Assembly (NCBI GenBank): GCA_951406725.2
Contig: OX597831.1
Location: 8,990,001-9,054,000 of the forward strand
From: Octopus vulgaris
Lineage: Eukaryota
DNA length: 64,000 bases
Reading direction: 5' to 3'
The translations under genes and the position numbers were made by a program. A model generated the notes under the pieces. That model saw only the letters and a list, made by a program, of their open reading frames with translations. It searched no databases and was not told the DNA's origin. The first letter of the stretch is position 1. The number at the start of each line of letters is the position of its first letter. Below, piece after piece: positions 51,650-64,000 of the stretch.

Positions 51650-51868
51650 GTACACTTGAGTTTCAAGCGTGATGCTAGTCGTCAGCCATAACTAGTACTC
51701 TGTCGGTTATTTGACCGATTTGCAGCTGAGTGGACAGGAGAACCCCCCCACCCCCAAAAGAAAAAGTGTTTTGATTAAGTACACAACACACAACAGGTCT
51801 GAGAATCGAAACCGTGATCTAACGATCGTGAGTGTAACACACCTAAGCACTCGGCTACGTAGCTTCAC
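51650..51868 (-). mobile_element. Degenerate family-C-like SINE
   Basis: ggtctgagaatcgaaaccgtgatct...cctaagcactcggc resembles the 54776-54835 head. Confidence 0.55.
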
Positions 51869-51954
51869 ATTTCGATTTACACTTTTGGGAAGTTGCCGAT
51901 ACCTTTTCGTGGTAAAAATCGTTGCACAAGCATAATTTTACTCGACCCTGTATC

Positions 51955-52290
51955 TCTGTGTGTTTGTGTGTACTTGCGTGTGTGTGTGTGTGTATGTGTG
52001 TACGTGCGTGTGTGCATGCGTGTGTGTGTATATGTGTGTGCGTATGTGCGTGTGTACGTGCGTGTGTGCATGCGTGTGTGTGTGTGTATATGTGTGTGCG
52101 TATGTGTCTGTGTGCATGCGTGTGTGTGTGTATATGTGTGTGCGTATGTGTCTGTGTGCATGCGTGTGTGTGTATATGTGTGTGCGTATGTGTCTGTGTG
52201 CAAGTGTGTGTGTGTATATGTGTGTGCGTATGTGTGTGTGTACGTTTGTGTGTGTGTATGTTTGTGTGTGTATTCGTGTGCGTGTGGTAA
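51955..52290. repeat. (GT)-derived minisatellite with a ~40 bp higher-order unit
   Basis: tgtgcatgcgtgtgtgtgtatatgtgtgtgcgtatgtgtc repeated about 5 times with variants. Confidence 0.85.
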
Positions 52291-52408
52291 ATGCACACTC
52301 ACACACATGCGTAGGTTTTTGCGTGTACGTGTGTACATATATAAACTGTTTGCTACCTTCTATATTGATATGTATGAGTGTGTATACACACACACACACA
52401 TATATATG

Positions 52409-52458
<50 letters not shown>

Positions 52459-52532
52459 CATATACACATATTTACTCACATGCATATACACATGCAAATA
52501 TTATATAGAGAGTGAGAGAGCGAGAACAAAGC

Positions 52533-52569
<37 letters not shown>

Positions 52570-53108
52570 GGGATGGAGAAAGTGTGAGAGAAAAACAAAG
52601 AAAAGAAATAAAGAACCAGAACACATTCTAATCCAGATTTTAAAGAGGGATTTCAAATTTCTTGTATCAAGGAAAGTCTGTGAATCTGCAATCGGGATCA
52701 TTTTATTGGCAACATTATATTCTCCATTGCTCTCTTCTGCCAATACCAAAATGGCCGATAATCCAATTCCCTTTATTCTTACGGAATATATAACTTTATT
52801 TTCATGGCTGTTTTTCGTAATTTCATTTCACCTTCGAGCGTAAGAACCTCGAGATTTTTATGGGCGCCACAGCCTGCTCTCACAATGTTACTAGCATGAC
52901 AAACATATTCTGTTAAATATAGTTATTACCCTAATATTCCGAATATGTTAATATTTGCTTTAATATATACACACGCGTTTAAAAGCGATGGGAAAAACGT
53001 ATCTAATATATGTACTTTAATAAAGGGACCGGAGTTTATTCATTTGTCAAAAGTGGCCAGGTTCTGTATCGAATAATGTAATGTGTGTGTCATTGTATGT
53101 GTGTATGG

Positions 53109-53149
<41 letters not shown>

Positions 53150-54464
53150 TGTGTGTGTATATATATGTATGTATACACACACACCCACACACACATATAT
53201 ATATATATATATATACACATACATGTATATATATATTTATATGTGTGTGTGTATGGATTTATATATTTATATATACATATATATATATATATATGCGTGT
53301 GCGTGTATATATATGTGTATGTATATATATACATACATACATACATATATATATATTATATACATGTATATATATTTGTGTGTTTGTATGTGTTCGTTCT
53401 ATGTATAGACTGAGAGATTCGCATATAGAGATATGATTGAGTAAGTAGTTTTTTTTTATGTGCGTGTGTATACACACATATAAACATATATGTATCAGTG
53501 TGTGTTTGGGTGTGAGTATATAGTGTGAGAGAGAATGTGCAATATATATTCTCCTTACTATGAAGACATTCGCATTAGATCCCTGCCCTTCACAATTTCA
53601 TGACACCGTGATATGGAAAAAAACTTTTATGGGTATATATAACTACATAGTGATTTATTAAAAACTCCTGTATAGAAATATTTGTCGCAATATATTAATA
53701 TTGTAAGCGATAATTACCTTTGTGTGTTTATTTGGAATTGGTAATGTGTTTTTATGTTGTCCTGCCAAAAACGGGAAAATACACCGTTATTATTTCTTTG
53801 GAAGAAATAATAATAATAATAGAAAATAATATTAATCATTGTTGAAAATTCTGTTTTTAGGATTGATTTCACTGACGTAAATTTCTGAAAAATGATTGTT
53901 GAAAGAAATGTATATGTGAAGGAAGATGTAAATGGCGATTAGGAGGTCATTCGATGTCATCCTTTTATTGTCGTTGGCGATGCATTTCTAAGGTCACTGA
54001 CAAGATGAAATGTCACCGAAACACCTGTGTCTAAGGAGTGACTAACATCATTTAGAGAATGTTTTCATCTTTAATTGTATGAAGTAGGATATAGGAAGAG
54101 ATTCACCGAGACTATATTCCACTGCGATCGTCGATCCACGTCTGTGTGTCCATAAATCTGTCATAAGTGATGCAAACACTATCGTTTAAGTCTCTGCTGT
54201 TTCAAAAAAATATGTTGATACGTACACACACGCACACATACACACACAAGCACACACCCACGGGTGCACAATTCACGCACATATATACACACATACATAT
54301 CTTTGTAAATGAGTTCGAATGTAACGTTTTGAAATCGGATGTGGGAGAAACACAATGACGTAGAATGTCAAAATATTTAAGCGCCGAAAGTTGAACAATC
54401 TAAACCCATTTATACACGCAGTTATGACAAGATATAACAATACACAAAGATGTAACGAAAGATT

Positions 54465-54843
54465 CGTGTCACTCCTTCGGTTATGACGACGAGGGTTCCA
54501 GTAGGTCCAATCAATGGAACAGCCTGCTCATGAAATTAACGTGCAAGTGGCTGAGAACTCCACAGACACGTGTACACTTGACGTAGTTCTCGGGGAGATT
54601 CAGCGTGACACAGAGTGTGAAAAGGCTGGCCCTTTGAAATACAGGTACAGCAGAAACAGGAACAAAGAGTGAGAGAAAGTTGTGGTGAAAGAGTACAGCA
54701 GAGTTCGCCACCATCCCCTGTCGGGACCCCGTGGAGCTTTTAGGTTTTTCGCTCAATAAACACTCACAACGCCCGGTCTGGGAATCGAAACCGCGATCCT
54801 ACGGCCGGGAGTCCGCTGCCCTAACCACTGGGCCATTGTGCCC
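54465..54843 (-). mobile_element. SINE family C (same head/core, different tail type 2)
   Basis: First ~180 nt match 49137-49315; the 3' ~190 nt are unrelated to that copy's tail. Confidence 0.85.
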
Positions 54844-55866
54844 CAACAGCTAAAAATAAACTATGTACATAGATACAAACATGCAGGTGTTTGCGCACTC
54901 AAAATATGTATGAAGACAGACATGAAATTATACATGCAACAGAACATACGTGTGTGTCAGTGATGTTCATAGGTTTCTCAGAGCGTATCGAAGCTGATTT
55001 AGAGAAAGAGAGAGGGGGACTGGAGGAAGAAAGACAAAGAGAGATAGAGAGAAACAGACAGACAGAGACAGAGATACAGAGAGGAAGAGGTAGGGAGAAA
55101 GACAGAGACCAGAGAGAGTGAAAGACAGAGAGGAAGAGAAAGAAGGCGATAGCACGAGAGGGAGAGAGTTGGTGAGAGAGAGGGAGAATATGTATGTGTG
55201 TGTATAAGAGAGTGAAGGAGAGAGAAAATGAAAGAGCGAGGCATAGACAAAGAGAGAGACAGACATAGAGAAAGGAAGAGAGAGACTGTGAGAGAAAGAG
55301 AGTGTGTGAGAGATAATGTATATGAGAGTGGGTGTGTGTCAGAGAGGGAAAGTGGGAGAGAGAGAGAGAGGTGGGGGAGAGAGACTCCAATCAATGAGTG
55401 AGTCTCCATTTATGGACAAAACAATGATGCAAAACATATTTACCCTCGTTTTGAAATCCGAGGCCAGAAAACTGGAAGCAACAGCAAGACAACTGTGTCA
55501 CTACGTTTCCTTCTTTGATTTATGCCAAATTCCATTAATTTAATCCTTTACTTCTTCATTGTAAAAGTAATGCAAGCATAACTGACCAGACATAATGATC
55601 AGGGATAGGGAAAAAGGAAATTATGCGCAGTAGTTAAAACCAGTTGCACAGCAGTTGATAAAATGTACCATTCTCAAAACAACTGGGCGTCACAAAGCCA
55701 GAAAGAATAACAGCTTGAAACCATCAAAAATATAAGTAATATGAAGAAATATAAACGCTTACATGTGTATTTTCATATGTATATAAGTGTGCGTAAATAT
55801 ATGTATACTCCCGTACATGCACGCACACTCAAATATATTTATATCTATAACTATATATCTGTTATT

Positions 55867-55923
<57 letters not shown>

Positions 55924-55926
55924 AGA

Positions 55927-56003
<77 letters not shown>

Positions 56004-56006
56004 AGA

Positions 56007-56115
<109 letters not shown>

Positions 56116-56430
56116 ATTGCAGTAGCAACAGAGTGACTCAAGGGCCGAGAGTTTTGTGCATGACCACTGATCAAATTAGTTACAGAGAGATGAGTTGTAA
56201 ATAAATTTATATACCGGCGATAATAGTATTTCCCTGGAGAGTTCTGGAACAAATTATAAAAAGCAATTACAATGTGACGGAGGATAATTTTTATCTTTCA
56301 AACAGTTTTCCAGTTATGGCGTTCAATTAATAAACCGAAAGCAAACATGAGATGGTTACATAAGCTCAATATAGTTAGATAGATAGAGAAGTAGAGGTTA
56401 CTTTAGCATAGTAAAGTAGAGGATATACTA

Positions 56431-56842
56431 TTTTACTCTTTTACTCTTTCACTTGTTTCAGTCATTTGACTGCGGCTATGCTGGAGCACCGCCTTTAGTC
56501 GAGCAAATCGACCACAGGACTTATTCTTTGTAAGCCCAGTACTTATTCTATCGGTTGCTTTTGCCGAACCGCTAAATGACGGCGACGTAAACACACCAGT
56601 ATCGGTTGTCAAGCAATGCTAGGGGGACAAACACAGACACACAAACATACACACACACATATATATATATACATATATACGACGGACTTCTTTCAGTTTC
56701 CGTCTACCAAATCCACTCACAAGGCTTTGGTCGGCCCGAGGCTATAGTAGAAGACACTTGCCCAAGAGGCCACGCAGTGGGACTGAACCCGGAACCATGT
56801 GGCTGGTAAGCAAGCTACTTACCACACAGCCATTCCTGCGTC
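56431..56842 (-). mobile_element. SINE family A (full length)
   Basis: Same consensus as the other copies. Confidence 0.92.
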
Positions 56843-57645
56843 TATGATACTATTTTTCATGAAATTTGCACACAATTCATAAACCATATTTAATTTTGTT
56901 ATATAAACCATATTTAATTTTGTATATAACAGTATACATTCCATAGTCACCGCACCACATATTTACAACAATAAATAATGGCCATATTTCAGAATCGTTA
57001 CAACACACTGTAGCTGTACACAGCTATATTACAGAGCAGCTGTATTATATTCCAGCGATATTTCGCAATGTAAAACATAGCAGGTTATGTGTACTATACA
57101 ACTATTACAATAAACAGTTGAAATATTGTAGATAGCCGTAAAAGATATTTTACACAATGGACATTGTACATAGCATCAATAATACCCTGCGGCTGTTCTA
57201 CACACTACCCGCATGCCATTAACACGACGAAAAGAGACACCTCCATGCGGCTTTGTGCAAGTTAGTGTGATATCTATGTATATTCGCCTTTTTATGTTTG
57301 TATACTCACACACACAAATACACACATGTTTGTATATATATATATATATATATCTACACAAACTGGTGCCAACACGCTATCTTTAAGGTAGCATGTTTTA
57401 CATTGGTTTGATATCATTCTATCATATATTTCTACTGTGTATATATACGTGAGTGTACATGTGCGATGCATGTGGGAAGAATGGTAGCAAGACATGGATC
57501 ATGGATGACGTTCGAACATCAATATCAATAAGATGAAATGCAATTATCTTAAAAGAACTGGCATATATAAAACAATGAAAAAGTAGTGCCTAAATACTGC
57601 CTCTAAGCCTATACACACACATATACATATATACACTACTATACA

Positions 57646-57726
<81 letters not shown>

Positions 57727-57743
57727 GTATGTATGTATCTATA

Positions 57744-57777
<34 letters not shown>

Positions 57778-58004
57778 GGTATATATATATATTATGTGAA
57801 ATAGAAAGATGAATAATCTTGTAGTAGATTAATCAAAAGTTTAACCGATACCTTAGTAGCAAAAATCACAGCAGTAAAACAGCACGGTTGGAGGTACAAC
57901 CATATGGTGTTGCAACCGTGCGTTGGTGCGGATAATTGAAATTAGAACATTATTGGTGAATTGAAGAAATGGAGCTGAACGCAGATTGAACAGAAATCGT
58001 TTTA

Positions 58005-58093
58005 TTTCATTCTACACGTGTTTCGAAAGGCACAAATTACCAAAATCCGATGGAATAATGGGACCATATTGTGTCTTTCTCTTCAGGAAGAAA
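58005..58093 (-). ncRNA. Type I hammerhead ribozyme (intact)
   Basis: tttcttc-CUGAAGA-gaaagacacaa...ttgtgcctttc-GAAAC-acgt-GUA-gaatgaaa. Confidence 0.82.
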
Positions 58094-58858
58094 ATAGGAA
58101 ATCCGTTGGAAAAACAAAAACAGAACAGAGGCGGAGCAAAAACAAATCGAACTATGCTCCTAAGAGCCCATGGCGAAACTGTTTATCAGTGTATGTTGAG
58201 AACCGGTGGCTGAAGAATTCAACGGGTCAGGCATCGGTCAATCATGTGGGTGAGGGGGCGTAGATGTTCTTTGTGACCGAGAATAAAGTTCTGACTATTT
58301 AAGGAATATTGGATGTTTTATAAGGGGCGAGAAAAAATCTACTTAGAGACGTGTGTGTGTGTATACTGTTCTATATACGTGTGTGTTGGCGTAGGGGTAG
58401 AAAACATTTTTTGTGTACGTGTGTGCGTTTGATCGTTCGGCTGTCAGTGGCTACTGCCGTGATGACCGTTGGGTGGCAGAAAAAAAATATACATCATGTT
58501 TTATGTGTGTGTGTGTTCTCATCTAAACCTGCCTTGTCAAGGAAACCCCCCGCTGTGAAAAAAACCAAGCCCCGTTTGTCTTACAGGAGTAATTCCCCTT
58601 GCAGTGGTTAATCGTAGATATCTTAAAGGCTATTTCAGAATTTGTTACCAAGGGCTATGGGTGCCGGTATTATTTATAAACGCTATTTAAAAGCCCCCTC
58701 ACCCACATGATTGACCGATGCCTGACCCGTTGAATTCTTCAGCCACCGGTTCTCAACATACACTGATAAACAGTTTCGCCATGGGCTCTTAGGAGCATAG
58801 TTCGATTTGTTTTTGCTCCGCCTCTGTTCTGTTTTTGTTTTTCCAACGGATTTCCTAT

Positions 58859-58945
58859 TTTCTTCCTGAAGAGAAAGACACAATATGGTCCCATTATTCC
58901 ATCGGATTTTGGTAATTTGTGCCTTTCGAAACACGTAGAATGAAA
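58859..58945 (+). ncRNA. Inverted second copy of the hammerhead (2-nt deletion in helix III)
   Basis: Same as 58005-58093 but reads GAAAC-ac-GUA. Confidence 0.72.
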
Positions 58946-58998
58946 TAAAACGATTTCTGTTCAATCTGCGTTCAGCTCCATTTCTTCAATTCACCAAT

Positions 58999-59069
<71 letters not shown>

Positions 59070-59099
59070 TATATGTGTGTGTGTGTATGTATATATATA

Positions 59100-59297
59100 T
59101 GTTTTCTGCGTGTTTGTTCTTCGTGTCTGTGTTTTTCCCCCCATCACCACCACCATTGTTTGCCAATCGATGTTCATGTATTTAAATGACCGATAGTATA
59201 AATACTAGGCTCACAAAGAATAAGTCCTGGGATCGATTTACTCGTCTATAAGCGGTGCTCCAGCATGGTCGCAGTCAAATAACTGAAACAAATAAAA

Positions 59298-59300
<3 letters not shown>
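59100..59300 (+). mobile_element. SINE family A, 3' part
   Basis: Tail gcggtgctccagcatggtcgcagtcaaataactgaaac. Confidence 0.8.
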
Positions 59301-59334
<34 letters not shown>

Positions 59335-59376
59335 AACATACACATGCATACATACATACATACATACATACATGCA

Positions 59377-59416
<40 letters not shown>

Positions 59417-59540
59417 TACATATATTTCATCTTATTGCATCGTTAATCGCTACACATTTTCTCTCTCTCCATTTTTGTCCTCTCTCAACACTTGTTGTTC
59501 ATTCACCTGTCATAGTTTCTTGTTTCCTATTAATCTGAAT

Positions 59541-59604
<64 letters not shown>

Positions 59605-59754
59605 CATACATATATGGACATATATATATATATATATATATAATGATGTCGTTTCGAGTATGACTCTTCGTCGGAAAAATCATATACATATATGTATGTA
59701 TGTGTGTGCGTATCTGTGTGTATAATATATATTAAAATATACAGTGTTAGTGTG

Positions 59755-59813
<59 letters not shown>

Positions 59814-60698
59814 ATTAATAGAAAGATGTGCTGCAATGCATCCGTTCATACTCTGTCCTTCCGAATCTAAGTAAAGTTGAACTGCTACTTCAGTTGGTCG
59901 TGTGACAATGCGCAGAGTCTAAAAGTTTCTGCGTTTATCAGAAATTTGGAAAACGATCATGTCGTGTACCTGACCACCCGTAAGTATTTTTCCGTAAACA
60001 TTTATAAATAAGATCGAAATAGATATTGAAATAAAACTGAGTAGGGTTTGAGAGAATGATTGAAATAAATAAATAGTAAAATGTATTCTAGTAAAACATA
60101 TTGAGCTGAAAGTTATTGAAATATGAAAGGGAAATGAAAAAATATCAGTGAAATAACTTTTAAGCATTTATAAGAAAGTCGAAATAAATAACTAACGAAA
60201 TATTTCTTTGAATGGGAAACGAAAAAAATTATTGAAATAAATTAGAAACTTTTAAAATAAAATGTGCAAGTATTTTGCTGCGTTCTGCTTGCTTATCGGT
60301 GAACAATATTGTCATGAGACTGAAACGGGCGGAAGCGGGAGCGACGTGAGCGTGAGTTAAAAAAGTGGAGGAGAGGAAATAGAGGAGGAGAGTATTGCAG
60401 TGAATGAGAGGAGGGGAGAAAAAGAGAGGAGAGAGAGAGAGGGAGATCTACGAACATATACGGTGTGCAAAATGGGCAATAAAAGCGTCATTTTCATTAA
60501 AATGTCTTAAAATTGGAACTTTTAAGACTTTTCTATAATTTCAGATCGTTTCGAGAATTGGTATCTAGTAATATATTCCCGTTATTGATGCTGTGTTGTT
60601 GTTGTTGTTGTTGTTGTGTTGATGTGGTTGTAGTTATCTTTTTATCATTACTATCATTATTATTATTATTATTATCATCATCATCATCATCATCATCA

Positions 60699-60756
<58 letters not shown>

Positions 60757-60764
60757 GACGAGAA

Positions 60765-60943
60765 GATGCTTAGCGGCATTTTATCTGTTTTTTACGTTCT
60801 GAGTTCAAACTCCAGCAAGGTGATCTTTGCCTTTCACCTTTTCGGCATCGATTGAATAAGTACCAGTTACATATTAGGGTCGATGTAATCGACTTACCCA
60901 TTCCACGCCAAAAATTTCAGGTCTTGTGCCTGTAGTAGGAGGG

Positions 60944-60985
<42 letters not shown>

Positions 60986-61170
60986 GAAATTGGCGAGTTG
61001 GCATTATCGTTAGCACACTGGACAAAATGCTTAGCAGCATTTAATCCGTCTTAACGTTCTGAGTTCAAATTCTGCCGAGGTCGACTTTGCCTTGCATGCT
61101 TTTGGGATCGATAACATAAAGCAACGGTTGGGAACTGGTGTCAATATAATCGACTTAACCCTTACCCCTT
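60765..61170 (+). mobile_element. Two tandem SINE family B copies separated by (ATT)n
   Basis: Copies at 60765-60948 and 60992-61170 share atgcttagc...ttctgagttcaaaYtc...ctttgcctt...aatcgactta. Confidence 0.85.
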
Positions 61171-61202
61171 ATATATTGAGTATGTACTAATAAATTTGAT
61201 AC

Positions 61203-61368
61203 GAGCAGGCATGGCTGTGTGGTTAAGGAACTTGCCTTGCAACCGTATAGATTTGGGTTCAGGCCCACCACACGGTTCCTTCGGTGAGTAACTTCTAGTG
61301 TAGCCCCGCACTGATTAATAACTTGCAAGTGAATTTGATAGAGGGAAATTGTGGGGAATCCTAGCACG

Positions 61369-61375
<7 letters not shown>
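61203..61375 (+). mobile_element. Degenerate SINE family A 5' half
   Basis: Reads gcaggcatggctgtgtggttaagg...gggttcaggccc. Confidence 0.6.
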
Positions 61376-61402
<27 letters not shown>

Positions 61403-61406
61403 AAAA

Positions 61407-61588
61407 TTTTGGGGGAGGTGGTCAGTCGATTAGATCGACCCAGTACGCAACTGGTACTTAATTTATCGACCCCAAAAGGCTGAAAGGCAAAGTCGAACTC
61501 GGCGGAATTTGGACTCAGAACGTAACGGGAGACGAAATACCGCTAAGCATTTCGCCCGGCATGCTAACGCTTCTGTCAGCTCGCCGCC
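61407..61588 (-). mobile_element. SINE family B
   Basis: Head ggcggcgagctgacagaagcgttagcatgccgggcgaaatgcttagcgg...gagtccaaattccgccgag on the minus strand. Confidence 0.88.
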
Positions 61589-62174
61589 GTACCTACAATA
61601 AATATCATATAAACTATGCACCTAAGAACGGTAAGAAGCAACGGTAGGAACAAATAGTTGAATGAAGAATAACATAATATACTGAATGAAGAAATAATTG
61701 GTGTTGAAAGAAAATTACTTTTGTTTTTTCTTCTCGTTTTGGGTTTGAATTCAGTTGATTAACAGTTCTTTTCGGTGCACTGCATGAAGTATGTTTTTTT
61801 TTACTGTATAAAAACGCCATTTTATAAACAACGTATTTTTAGAGGAAGAAAAGAAAGATAAAACATTTAGAGCAAAAAAAGATCGAATTATCGAGAAAAC
61901 ACCCCGTTACTGCCTCACCAAGAAGTTAAGCAACAGAAGATTGAGGAAGAAGGAGTAACGGGTTATGCACCCCATACCAAAGGGTGTCTTCAAGTGCACC
62001 TGACGGACATGATTGTAAAGGTGTTGCCTTTAGAATAGCCAGCAATGATCACCGCAAATAACGAGGCTCATTTCTCAAGTATATTTTCCAGCATTTATCT
62101 TCGATGAATAACATTCAGACGATGTTACATAACGGATGCGTTACGATAATTTTTTCTTTCGCTTTTATTATGGA

Positions 62175-62569
62175 CTAGCAGTATCGCACGGCGTTGCTCG
62201 GGTTTGTAAGGGAAATAACTATACAGCATTTTTAGAGAGTTATAGCAAAAAAATAGCAAAAAAAATGCAGTAAAAATGGAAAAAATATGATGGTAAATTT
62301 TTTTTTTAAATCGTTGACTCATCGTAGGCATTTTTAGAGAGTTACTTCCCTTTAAAAAAGTATGCATGAAAATGAAAAAAATTATGGTAAACTATTTTTA
62401 AAATCGTAGACTCATCGTAGACGCGCGCTAATACCCAGAAGGGCTCGATATGAATCACGACTATAAGATACCCGGTTTTGGTTAAACTGCACCGCAAAAT
62501 GTGGGAGTAGTTAGGAATCTAAATCGAAGGGGACAGACACTCACACAACTACAGTTTTATATATAAAGA
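62175..62569 (-). mobile_element. Non-autonomous Helitron (395 bp)
   Basis: Minus strand reads A|TCtttatatataaaa ... cccgagcaacgccgtgcgatactgCTAG|T: 5'-TC, subterminal GC hairpin, 3'-CTAG, inserted between A and T. Internal ~100 bp tandem duplication. Confidence 0.88.
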
Positions 62570-63039
62570 TTACGATAAAAGAATGAAATATCAACGAGCT
62601 GAATGGTGGCTACTTTGTTTATTGTAATAAAGCCACAGCTATGCTGATTTAATCTCTCACCACACTGTTTCATGGAATTCCTGTGCCTGGTCACGTGCGC
62701 TCACGTGCCGCGGTCATAAAAAATGAGAACAAGAACCGGTGGATAAATACGTAAATGTCTCAATGGGAAAAAATAAAAGGCAGCCATACGCTAGAACGTC
62801 TCTTTTTATGAATCTGTTCGATCCTGGCTCATCTCGGATAAGCAAATACTTTTGTTTATTGTATAAGTCTGCCCCCTCCCTCCGCCCAGTCTGTATTATA
62901 TACGGTCACCATAAAAAATGATCATGGCATCGGTAGTTAAGTTATTATCTGTTTTGTGTGAGACGACTGTTGTTATCGCTAGGTCTAACTCATCGTAAAG
63001 TCAATACCACCATGACTGATATCCAATCTTCAGTGGAGA

Positions 63040-63330
63040 AGGCTAGCCACTGGATTTGGTTAAAAAGGGACGATAAGCGATCGCTAGAAGGATATTGAGC
63101 TTTATTTGATAACCAGCTGATCTAGCAAGTGGGGCCTCATATCCGTGACGGGGGGGGGGGGGCGGTGGGCATTGATGCCGTCGAGAGGTAGGCCCCGAAA
63201 CGGCGCGCATTCTCTCCTGATGACCCCATACACTTGCAGGCTTCCGGTATGCGGAGTTTTTGACTGGTAGCACTTGCATGTGCAAGTTGTTTGCAAGACA
63301 TCAGTGCTGTGGTGCAGCCTTGTTGCAGGT
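63040..63330 (+). pseudogene. Probable 3' end of a Hero/NeSL-like RLE element
   Basis: VEKASHWIWLKR C-terminal motif, then a GC-richer UTR with stem gccgt...acggc and ccccgaaac...ctgatga. Confidence 0.5.
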
Positions 63331-64000
63331 AAACCACGATAATATACCAAATACTTATGATGTCATAAACAATTTCTTCAGTGTAGAAATACAGTAATTA
63401 ATCTGTAAGAAAATTATAATTTTGTTTTTGTTTTTGGTCAGTAAGTGTTATTTCTTATTCGCTTCTTCCTAGAAATGAAAGCAAATGACTACTTTTCTCT
63501 TCAGACTTTGCTTTAAAACTGATCTATTTTCCATTACACTTCAGACAGATTCAGTGCCGAGTTGCTGAAGCAGAAATAGCATTATAGCAAATATTCCGCT
63601 CAATACCACAGATTTACTTGTCAGATGCTTGACCTTATCTACGTGAGCATGTCCCTTAGTGGTTTACGACATGTGCGTTTTTGATCAGAAGCTAGAGTGG
63701 GGGGAGGGATTATAACAATGTGTTGAGAGGGATTCTTTGGGGTTTGAATAAATGTAACAAAAGCAAAGTTTTAAGCCATTTTTCATACTCTCTAGGGTAA
63801 GCAAATAGGAAATAATAGTCGCTACCCAAGGACAAAATTCGTGTTAAACAGTGTAATCAAATGATATGATCTTCCACCCATGTTCACCTCTCATTCGTCA
63901 GTGACTATATTCATTGTATGTATACCACAAGTGTTATATTCTGTTGTAATTACGTCCTAGTGAAGCTCCCCCCCCCCCCAGACTGACTACAATGTAATAT

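Larger units (their letters stand above)
57950..59000. repeat. Long inverted repeat (~310 bp arms: 57950-58259 / 58693-59000)
   Basis: The arms are near-perfect reverse complements; the ORF track shows the same peptide on both strands (58018+ and 58683-). Confidence 0.95.

Noticed and set aside
63190-63228. GAAAC...CUGAUGA as a type II hammerhead
   Set aside because: The helix II strands (cccc / cccc) cannot pair; more likely a Hero-like 3' UTR structure.

Overview
Eukaryotic, AT-rich (animal) genomic DNA saturated with microsatellites. The SINE families and repeat landscape point to an octopod cephalopod (inference). No host protein-coding exon is recognisable, and almost all short ORFs in the track are artefacts of (TA)n/(CA)n/(AAT)n/(CTAT)n repeats. 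The main element is an apparently intact CR1/L2-group LINE on the minus strand (~18151-23540). It has an open APE+RT ORF2, an unusual ORF1 (Myb/SANT-trihelix-like domain plus CCCH zinc finger) and a ~1.15 kb modular tandem array in its 5' region. Its 3' tail is shared, with compensatory stem changes, by the most abundant tRNA-derived SINE in the window. A second theme is a set of type-I hammerhead ribozyme motifs, at least 7 loci, sitting in Penelope-type terminal repeats. Four of these loci form inverted-repeat foldbacks next to (TA)n tracts. The window also holds a Penelope RT/GIY-YIG copy with a 5' inversion, R4/Dong-type fragments in (AAT)n and (CATA)n, Tx1/L1, RTE and Hero-like fragments, Tc1, DD37D and mariner remnants, a non-autonomous Helitron, and three SINE families with modular head/tail swaps.
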